Below, piece after piece: positions 34,595 through 44,040 of a DNA stretch of 64,000 nucleotides. A program made the translations under genes and the position numbers. The stretch spans positions 2,208,001 through 2,272,000 of the forward strand of contig CP068257.2 in NCBI GenBank assembly GCA_009914755.4. Direction: 5' to 3'. Below the pieces are notes generated by a model. It did not search any database, had not been told where the DNA came from, and saw nothing but the letters and a program-made list of their open reading frames with translations. Positions within the stretch are counted from its first letter, which is position 1; every line of letters starts with the position of its first letter. The stretch is from the human T2T-CHM13v2.0 reference genome, Homo sapiens.

Positions 34595-34900
34595 TTTGCA
34601 ATATACATTTACAACCAATTCAAGTCCACTTTCAAATAACACTATCCAACTATCCCACAAATAAGACTACCTGCTTAACAAACAAAACACCTAATTCCTC
34701 AGTAACATTTACAACCAATTCAAGTCCACTTTCAAATAACACTATCCCACTATCCCACAAATAAGACTACCTGCTTAACAAAGAACACACCTAATTCCTC
34801 AATATACATTTACAACCAATTCAAGTCCACTTTCAGGTAACACTATCCCACTTCACGGGTGACTACCTGCTTAACAAAGAAAACACCTGATTCCTCCCTC
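34595..34900. repeat. tandem repeat, about 100 bp unit x3 (…ACATTTACAACCAATTCAAGTCCACTTTCAAATAACACTATCC…)
   Basis: ACAACCAATT recurs at 34611, 34711 and 34812. Confidence 0.85.
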
Positions 34901-34904
34901 CCAT

Positions 34905-35210
34905 CCTTCCATTCCATTCCTTGTATTATTGTTCCTTATTTCACTTGTGTATAAGCATGCATAATCTATCTGTGTGTATTTATTATTATCTACAAACTTA
35001 TTGGTCAGATCAATTATGAATAAATACATGTTTTTATTGTACCACAATGCCTCCCTACCATCCTTCCATTCCATTCCTTGTATTAGTGTTACTCATTTCA
35101 ATTGTATATAAGCATACATAATATATCTGTATTTGTTATTGTCTATGATCTTCTTGGTCAGATCAATTAAGAATAAATACATAGGTTTTTATTGTACCAC
35201 AATTCTTTCT
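34905..35210. repeat. tandem duplication, about 150 bp unit x2 (CCATCCTTCCATTCCATTCCTTGTATTA...TATTGTACCACAAT)
   Basis: Two adjacent diverged copies are visible by eye. Confidence 0.8.
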
Positions 35211-36377
35211 TTAATGCTCTTTTTAAAAAAATGTTGATCCAGGTTTCAGTTATATATCTTTTGTTTCCCTAAAGAATTTCATTTAACATTTCTTGCAAGA
35301 CAGGTCTCCTGGCAACAAGTTTCTTGAATTTTTATTTTTCTGAGGAAGGCCTTAATTCTCCTTCACTTTTGAAGGGTGGTTTCAGTGGGTACAGAAACTT
35401 AGGTTGGTGGGTTTTTTCTGTCAACATTTTGAATTTTTCATTTCACTGTCTTCTTACTTTCACAGTTTCTGAAATGTTGAATGCAGTTCTTATCTTTGTG
35501 TCTCTGTAGGTAAGGTGTTTTCTGCCCCACCTCTGGTTTCTTTCAGAGTTTTCCTTTATCTTTTATTACATATAGTTTGAAAATTATATGTCCAAGTGTA
35601 GGTTGTTGGTATTTATTCTGCCTGGTGTTCTCAGAGCTTCCTGGATCTTTGGTTTGGTGTCTGACATTAATACTGGAAGTTCTCAGACATGGTTGTTGCA
35701 GAACTTTCTTCTATTTCTTCTCCTCTTGGTATTCTCATTACTGTTTCACCTTTTGTAGTTGTCCCACAGTCTTGAATATCATCTTCTGTTCTTTTCAGTG
35801 TTTCTTTTCTTTAGTTTTTGAAGTTTCTGATGATAAATCCTCAAGCTCAGAGATTTTTACTCAGCTGAGTCCAGTCTACTAATAAGCCATCAGAGGTATT
35901 CTTCAGTTATTTACCACGTTTTTCATCACTACATTATGTTGAAAGTTCTTACGATGTCTGTCTTTCTCATTACATTACCCATCTACACTTGAATACTGTC
36001 TACTTCATTCATTAGGCCCTTAGCATATTCTCCAGAGGTTTAAAAAAAAATTCCAAGATCATATCTTTGTCTGCTTCTGAAGCTTGCTCTGTTGACACAA
36101 ATTGTATTTTTTTCTTTTTTTGGATTTTAGTATGCCTTGCAATTTTTTCCCTTTATTCTGATGCATGAAGTACCCACTAAAAGTGACTGCTGTTAGTATA
36201 GCTTCAGTAATGCGGTGATGAGGTGACAGGGCAGGTGATGCTCTCTTAGTCTCTTTAGGCTACTATAACAAAATACTTCAGACTGAGTAATTCATAAACA
36301 ACAGAGATTATTGTTCACAGATCTGGAGGCTGGAAAGTACAAGACTAAAGGGCCAGGATATTTGGTGTTTGGTGAAG

Positions 36378-37845
36378 GTCAAACATTCAGACACTCTCAA
36401 CGACTATAGCGACAGCAGCAGTCTTCAGGAATCCTATGTGAGGGACAAACACTCAGAAGCCAGCTGGAGTGTTCTAGAATCCTATGTGAGGGCCAAACAT
36501 TCAGACCCCAGCAGTAGTGTTGTGGAATCCTATGTGATGGACAAACTTTCAAACCCTTGTAGCAGTGTTCTGGAATGCTATGTGAGGGACAAACATTCAG
36601 ACCACGGGAGCAGTGTTCTGGAATTCTATGTGAAGGACAAACATTAAGACTCTCATAGCAGTGTCCTGGAATCATATGTGAGGGACAACCATTCAGACAC
36701 CAGCAGAAGTGTTCTGGAATCCTAGGTGTGGGAAAAACATTCAGAACCTAGTAGCAGTGTTCTGGAATCCTATGTGAGGGACATACATTCAGACCACGGC
36801 AGCAGTGTTCTGGAATGGTATGTGAAGGACAAACATTCAGACCCTTGTAGCAGTGTTCCAGAATTTTACGTGAGGGACAAACATTCAGACCACAGCAGCA
36901 GTGTTCTGGAATCCTATATGACGGACCAACATGCAGACCCTTGCAACAGTGTTCTGGAATACTAGGTGAGGGAAAAATATTCACACCCTTGTAGCAGTGT
37001 TCTGGAATTCTATGTGACTGACAAACATTCAGACTCCAGCAGCAGTGTTCTGTAATCCTATGTGAGGGACAAACATTCAGACCCCAAGAGCAGTGTTCTG
37101 AAATCCTATGTTAAGGGAAACATTGAGACCCCAGCATGAATGTTCTGGAATCCTATGTGAGGGACAAACATTCAGACCACGGCAGGAGTGTTCTGGAATC
37201 CTATGTGAGGAACAAACATTCAGACCACAGCAGGAGTGTTCTGGAATCCTATATGAGTTATAAGCATTCAGACCCTCATAGCAGTGTTCTGGAATCCTAT
37301 GTGAGGGAGAAGCATTCAGAGCACAGCAGGAGTGCTCTGGAATCCTATGTTAGGGACAAACATTCAGAACCTCGTAACATTGTGCTGGAAACCTATGTGA
37401 GGGACAGACATTTAGACCCTCGCAGCAGTGTTCTGGAATCCCATGTGAGGGTCAAACATTCAGATCCTCGCAGCAGTGTTCTGGAATTCTATGTGAGTGA
37501 CAAACATTCAGACTCCAGCAGCAGTGTTCTGTATTCCTATGAGAAGGACAAACATTCAGAATCCAGGAGCAGTGTTTTGAAATCATATGTTAAGGGCAAA
37601 CATACAGACCCTAGCATCAATATTCTAGAATCATATGTGAGGGACATACATTCAGACCCTCACAGCAGTGTTCTGGAATCCTAGATGGGGGACAAACATT
37701 CAGACCCCAGCAGCAGACTTCTGGAATCCTATGTGGAGGACAAACATTCAGACAATGGCAGCAGTGTTCTGGAATCCTATGTGAGGGACAAACACTCAGA
37801 GCCTTGTAGCAGTGTTCTGGAATCCTATGTGAGTGAGAGTGCCTT
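36378..37845. repeat. 48 bp minisatellite, about 30 copies (unit approx. GTGTTCTGGAATCCTATGTGAGGGACAAACATTCAGACCACAGCAGCA), ORF-open on both strands
   Basis: Counted unit = 48 nt. The ORF track shows an in-frame 16-aa repeat SVLESYVRDKHSDxxS (e.g. ORF 37136-37684, 182 aa), and the minus strand is also open. It is AT-balanced, not G/C-skewed. Confidence 0.9.
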
Positions 37846-38184
37846 GAGCCTACCCAACCTGACGCCCCCAAAGCCCTCACAGGGTCTGACCTCCCAGCAT
37901 GCACCTGCCTCTCCCTGAACCCCAACTGCCCACCCTGCCTGTTCCCCGGCCTCCTCCATCCTGTGCAGCCCATAGACTGTGACCATCTCTCCAGCCACTC
38001 TGGCCCTTCCTTTACCTTTGTCCTGTCAGAATCTCTGAGCAGGATCTCCCAGGTCCATCCAAATATGTGCTTTGTCCACTTTTGACTAGGCCCTTGGGCA
38101 TCACTGGGCTATCCCAGCTGTCCACAGGGCCTTCAATAATGCACATTGCACCTGGCTTATCCAAGCAGTGCTCAGCAGCCCACA

Positions 38185-39065
38185 TTGACCAGGTCCCTGC
38201 TGACCAGACCCCGCACATCAGGTCCTCCCTGATGACACCCTCACTGATTAGACCCTCATGACCAGGCCCCACTAACAAGGCCCCCACTGCCGGGCACACA
38301 ATGACAGGGACTCCACTGACCAGGACCTTACTGACAAGGCCTCACGGACCAAGTCCTTACTGACAAGTCCTCACTGACTAGGTCATTATTGACAAGGCCT
38401 CACTGATCAGGTTCCACTGATCATGACCTCATTCCCTGGCCCCAAAGATGAGGCCCCACTGACCAGGCCTCCAGGGAACAGGTTGCCACTGATCAGGCCC
38501 CTAATAACGAGGCCTTAAGTCACCAGATGCCCCTGACTGGGACCCTAGTGAGTAGACCCCACTGAACTGGCACCAAATGCTGAGATTCCCGCTGACCAAG
38601 TCACCCTGTAGACCGCTGCTACAAAAGTCACCACTGACCAAGTCCTCTCTGACCAGGACAATACAGATTAGGTCCCGCTGACAAGGCTGCCCTGACCAGG
38701 GCCCCACTGACAAGGGCCTCACTGATGAGGACACGCCCACCAGGGTCTGCTGACTAGGTCCCATGTGCCCCGTCCTGCACTGAGTAGCACCCCTTGACCT
38801 GGTCACCAGTGCCCCAGCCCATGCTGACCAGACCAGCACTAAGCCCCAGCTGACCAGGTCTCCACTGATCAAGCCCCACAGCCCAGGTTTGCACTGACCA
38901 GACACCAAACAACTGGCAGCCAATAGGTCCCCACTCACCAAAACCCCCACTACTAGACCCCACTAATGAGACCCTCTCTAAGCAGACCCCTGCTGACCAC
39001 TATCCCACTAAATAGTCCTCACTGACCTAGGTCCACTGACCAGGCCCACACTGATCAGGCCCCTC
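38185..39065. repeat. degenerate ~15 bp minisatellite array, proximal copy (CCCCACTGACCAGGC / CTCACTGACAAGGCC variants)
   Basis: CACTGA(C/T)(C/A)AGG recurs about every 15 bp over about 0.9 kb. Confidence 0.8.
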
Positions 39066-39089
39066 CTAACCACACTGGAAATCCAAACG

Positions 39090-40230
39090 GCAATGACATG
39101 TTTCATATGGCAGAAGTTGGAACAAGACAGAGAGAGGAAAGAGGTTCCACAGCCTTTTAAACTACTAGATCTCATGAGAACTCACTCACTATCAGGAGGA
39201 TGGCATTAAGGGCTTGGTGCTTTGCCATTTGTGAAGGATCCACTCCCACTCCTTTATGATTAAAGCTTTTTCCACCTAGGCCCCGACTCTAACATTAGGG
39301 AGTGTACTTTCTCATGAGTTTTGGAAGGGGCATAGAGAAAAACCGTATTATTCTGTCCCTGACCCCACAAATCTCATGTCCTTCTCACATTGCAAGATAC
39401 AGTCATGCCTTGCCAGCAGTCTCCCAAAGTCTTAACTCATTTCAGCATTAACTCAAAGTTACAAAGTGCAAAGTCTCATCTGGGTCAAGGCTACATTCTC
39501 TTTTGCCTACAAGTCTCTGAAATAAAAAGCAAGTTCACTGCGTCTAAGGTACAATGATGGTACAGGCATTGTGTAAGCTTTCCATATCCAAAAGAGAGAC
39601 ATTTTCCAGAAAGCTTCTTATTTTTATCTGAGGCCCCCTCAGCCTGGCCTTCACTGTCCATGTTTTTGTCAGCATTCTTGTCACAGCCATTTAACCAGTC
39701 TCTAAGATGATCCAAAAATGTTCTCATCTGCCTGTCTTCTTTGGAGCCCTCCAAACTCTTCCAACCTCTACCCATTACCCAGTTCCGAAGTTGCTTCCAC
39801 ATTTTTAGGTATCTTTATAGCAGTGCTCCAGTCCTCATTTGCCATTTTTGGTAAGATTTATCTTGAAAAAGAGGTTTAATTGGCTCATGGTTCTGCAGAG
39901 TGGACAGGAAGCTTAGTGCTTCTGCTTCTGGGGGGCCTCAGAAATCTTTCAATCATTGTGCAAGGTAATGAAAGAGTGAATTGTCTCACATGGCAAGAGG
40001 AAATCACGGAGAATAGGGAGTGATATAGAGTTTTCAGTGGCCAGATCTCACGAGAAGTCACTCATGATTGTGAGGACAGTACCAAGGGGATGGTGCTGAA
40101 CCACTCATGAGAAATTTGCCTTCATGATTCAATCACCTTATACCAGGATCCACCTCCAACATTAGGAAGCATAATTCAACAAGAGATTTGGTGGGGACAC
40201 ATATTCGAATTGCCTCATCAGTCTTTGAGT
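39090..40230. mobile_element. ERVL-MaLR (MST/MLT-type) LTR-retrotransposon fragments
   Basis: Motifs typical of MaLR consensus: ...AAATCTCATGTCCTTCTCACATTGCAAGATACAGTCATGCCTTGCCAGCAGTCTCCCAAAGTCTTAACTCATTTCAGCATTAACTCAAAG..., and at 40140-40230 the reverse complement of the MaLR LTR 5' start (…GAGATTTGGTGGGGACACA…). Subfamily not assigned. Confidence 0.6.
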
Positions 40231-40759
40231 ATAAAGACATCCATAGCAGGCTTTATCCAGCCAGCTTCTTTGGGATTCTTTATAGGGTTTCAGATCTATA
40301 GGATATCCACTAAAATATTCCTACTTCAAAAGGCAATAAAGTAAGTGGTATTATCATTCTTCAAAAAGTTATAATGGTAGTGTAGGCATTCATAGTATGA
40401 TTTAGTTCATTTGCTACTGTTTCTATTCTATCACCATATTAACACTTTCGTACACAATTCTATATTCAGCTGGGTTTCAGTTGAGCACAAAGTCATCCTT
40501 GTACTACCACCGATAGCTGGCACCAGCTCTTTGATACTGTTATCATTCTGCTGTAGAAAGTACCCGTGAACTGGAAAAAGTCCACACTCGAATAGCTAGT
40601 CATTCAACACTATCAAATTTTAGGTGACTTTTTGAAAAAATAGTATCTCTTGTTGCAAGAAATGCTCCATCTGTGATTTCAAGTCTCTCACTTGAGTGAA
40701 TTGGATGGAAGTGGTGAATTTCAGCCAAAGTGGCCAAAGAAATCCTGTTCCTGTGATAA

Positions 40760-41550
40760 TGACTCCATCAGCCTCTGCACCTCTGTCTTCCCTTCTGCCA
40801 CATGTTGTCTGTTCTCCGTGACTTTGGTAAGAGCTTCCTTGTGTATGTGAATGATGTCCAGGATGTTTGTCTTGTGTCCCTGAGACAGCACTAACAGGTC
40901 CATGGCTGGGTCCAGGTCCTTCCTGGACTGACTGGCAAAGAGCTCACTGACAGAGTGGAAGGCATCTATACTGAAGTGGATGGCCTGGTCCAGCTCCAAG
41001 GCCTGGCTGAGGCTGAAGAAGAACTGTCAGGCTTCTGATGCTCTTTCTCAAAGCCTGCCACCACTCATTGGCTGTGAAGTTGACCTGAGTGCCCTGTTGT
41101 CCATCTTCTTGGTGAAGCACTTGAAGCCATCAATCTTGCTCTCCAACTCCTAAAAGTTGAGTGTCACACTGGGGGTGGGCTCAGAGCCAGGAAGAATCTG
41201 GCACTCACCATCTCATCCTTCTCAGCCTTCCTCTTGCCCTGTCTCCAGGCTATCTCTTCAGTGCTGGTGGGGCACATCAGGAAGTGACAAAAAATGTGGC
41301 ACTGCACCTGCATCCAGAAGCTGGCTGTGTGGTTCATCTACAAGATTGGGCCCTTTCTGCACTTGAACATAGATCCACTTCACCATAGATGCCTTCCACA
41401 CTGTCAGTGAGCTCTTTGCCCATCAGCCCAGGCAGGATCTGGACCCAGTCATGGACCTGTTAGTGCTGTCTCAGGGACACCAGGCCAACATTCTGGACAT
41501 CATCCACGTACACAAGGAAGCTCTTACCAGAGTCCTCCTCAAGATGGCCT
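40760..41550. repeat. inverted repeat pair, arms about 170-180 bp (about 40760-40935 vs 41380-41550, about 88% identical), spacer about 450 bp
   Basis: Minus-strand ORF 40721-40999 (..[50 protein letters not shown]..) and plus-strand ORF region 41380-41550 (..[50 protein letters not shown]..) encode the same peptide, so the DNA arms are inverted copies. Confidence 0.8.
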
Positions 41551-41699
41551 GTGGTCTGCCTCTTGGCACCCGAGAAGCCCACAGTGCTGTAGAAGCCCCG
41601 ATGCTTGGACTGGAGCCCCAAAGGCGGCACACACCCCAGTTCTGAGCCTGCTGCTCATTTCCTCTATGTGGCTCCATTTGCAGCACATTTGTTGCACTG

Positions 41700-42045
41700 A
41701 GACCTGTGCATGCCAGGCAAAGCCAAGATGGCTCAAAGAGCAACCACCCACCTCTGCAAGGGTGTGCCAGGAGCCAGTGTACCAGCCACCAACGTCACTC
41801 CCTGCCAGTCAGGGTAAATCAGTTATTCTGCCCTGGAGGTGGAGCCCCAGTGCCATCTGCTTTTCCTCAGGCCTCCACTCCATCAGCTGTCAGGTGGTGG
41901 TCACTCAGACTGTGGGAAACTGGCCATCCCTGTTTCCTTGAGTGCGTGACGTTGGTGACTGCTCCACCTGCTACTGGCATACCCTTGCAGAGGTGGCTGG
42001 TTGCTCTTTGAGCCAGCTTGGCCTTGCCTGGTATGCACAGGCCCC
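41700..42045. repeat. second palindrome: about 65 bp arms (41703-41770 vs 41975-42040, about 90% complementary) with an about 200 bp loop
   Basis: CCTGTGCATGCCAGGCAAAGCCAAGATGGCTCAAAGAGCAACCACCCACCTCTGCAAGGGTGTGCCAG vs CTGGCATACCCTTGCAGAGGTGGCTGGTTGCTCTTTGAGCCAGCTTGGCCTTGCCTGGTATGCACAGG. Confidence 0.8.
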
Positions 42046-42984
42046 AGGTACTGAGAAGCTGCTCCGAGTAAGTTTGTCTTGGGCCAAATTCTAAGTCTGG
42101 CCAGGGCCACAGAAGGCCGAGTCCCCTGGGTGGTAATCCTGGCTGCTGCAGGGGGGCCCATGGTCCCCCTCCCCTCCCAGGGCTCAGGATGAGGTCCGAC
42201 TGGGACAGGATGCTTTAGGTATGGGACTTGTGCCCCAGGAGGGGACCTCTGTCACACACGTTGGGTGAGAATATGTATGGCATGCTGCTGGCTGCCAGGG
42301 CTGTTGGGATGCACGTTCACCCTTCCCTTCAGGGACCTCAAAGTGACCAGCTTCCCCTTTATGAGTGACTTCCCAAGGCCCAGGAGCCATTTGGGGCTGC
42401 AGAGCAGCTGGCTGCATGCTGCCCTGGCTTCTTCCATGTTGTGCTGGTCACTACCTACCAAGGGGTGTCAGATGCAGGCACAATGTAGGACGATTGTCTC
42501 TGGGCCTGTGTCTTGGTTATCATGGAGCTAGACTGGGCCTGGTGACAGGGCCCTGATGGGGTTGTCCTGTGTGGTCACGGAGGTGATCAGAAAAGATGCA
42601 GAATGGAATTGCTGCGAGGATGAATGAGATGACTGTCAGCACATAACAGGCAGCTGGTGAGTGTTCAGGGATTACCCTCAGTAGCTGCCCAGAGACCAAA
42701 ACCATCCACCTGATAGTGACTTTTCCCAAGCCAGAAGGAAGAGAAAAGAGCAGGTCCCACTCACCTGAATCTGATCAGTGAGCTGTGTTGAGATGTGCCT
42801 CTCATCTAGAAAATGGTCCTTCACGCAGAGCTACTCACAGACACTGCTGTGTGTCTCTAACTGCTCCACAACACAGAGGCGATGGGGACTCAGCAACAGT
42901 GACATTGTGGGGTGACACAACCCACCACCATGGGAGTCTGCTTGGGTCAACAGGGCCCAGAGTCAGTGTCCTCTATCCCCTGAA

Positions 42985-43065
42985 CTGACATGTGTGTATG
43001 CAATGTATTTGTGTATGCATATGTGCCTGTGTGTGTGTGAGTGTGTATGTGTGTGTTTGTCTTGC
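42985..43065. repeat. TG-rich low-complexity / degenerate (TG)n-(TGTGTATG)n
   Basis: GTGTGTATGCAATGTATTTGTGTATGCATATGTGCCTGTGTGTGTGTGAGTGTGTATGTGTGTGTTTG. Confidence 0.8.
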
Positions 43066-43419
43066 TTCTCTGGACAGGCCTAGCTTCTCCACTCATGGGT
43101 GCACCCAGGTCCTCATCACTGTCACCTTAGAGCATTAGAGCCTCTATAGGTGCTCCCCAATCTCTGCCCTCCCCACCCATGGTGGTCCTGGGGATGCAGA
43201 CAGAGGAGGGGCACTGCATAATGCTGAGAGGGCTGGCACCCTCTCTAGGTGGAACACAGGTCATTTGTAAAGTTCTAGGTCTGCCAAGCAGTATTGGATT
43301 CAACACATCTTCTCACCTTCTCTTTCCAGCCACCCTCCAGGGTGCCCCGACTCACTTTCCCTGCAGATGGAGGCAAGGAGGCTCCACAGACAACCCCCCT
43401 GCCTGAGGTCACATAGTGG

Positions 43420-44040
43420 CCAGCAGGCCAGGTACTGACAAACTGCCCCTGACCAGGTTCCCAGTGATGAGTGATGAGACCCCTAATGACCACTCCTCCA
43501 TTGACCAGGTCCCACTGATCAAGTCCCCACTGACCATGTCTTCCTAACCAGGCCCACACTTAATAGGCCTCATGGGCCAGACCCCACTGACCAATTTTCC
43601 ACTGACCTGGTCCCCATTGACAAGACAGGGTTCCCACTGACAAGACCACAATTTACCAGGTTGCTGCTCAACCGACCCCCCACTGAACAATTCTCCATGA
43701 ACGAGTACCCAGCTGACTGAGCTCCCTCTGACCAGGCCCTCACTGACCAGGCTCCAAGCCACTAAGGCCCCACACTGACCAGGCCCGTGATATATTGTGT
43801 ATGCCCCACCAACCAGTTTTTCATTGTTTATGTTCCAACAGATCAGGCCCCACTAATAAAGCCACCACTGACTAGGTCCCCCCACTGACCAGGCTTCCAA
43901 TGACTAGGTCACCAGGTCCCCACTGATGAGGCCTTTACTGAGGAGGCTGCCACTAACCAGGCCCCTGCTGATCAGGTCCCAAATGACCAGGTCCTGATGA
44001 CCAGGTCATCTCTGACCATGGTCCACTGACCAGGCCCCGG
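43420..44040. repeat. degenerate ~15 bp minisatellite array, distal copy, same unit and orientation as 38185-39065
   Basis: …CCCCACTGACCATGTC…CCCACTGACCAATTTTCCACTGACCTGGTCCCCATTGACAAGAC…CCTCACTGACCAGGCTCC…. Confidence 0.8.

Noticed and set aside
36369-37918. Series of 77-182 aa ORFs with a 16-aa periodic repeat as a repeat-containing protein gene
   Set aside because: The ORFs coincide exactly with a 48-bp (multiple of 3) tandem array that is equally open on the opposite strand. There are no splice-site or start context features, and the composition is unlike known coding VNTRs. I keep it only as a low-probability alternative under findings
40721-41645. Paired ORFs encoding …[29 protein letters not shown]… as a duplicated gene or pseudogene
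   Set aside because: No protein family recognised (I considered tubulin and BPI-fold/PLUNC and neither fits). The two ORFs are on opposite strands because the DNA is an inverted duplication. I treat it as structural DNA, not coding
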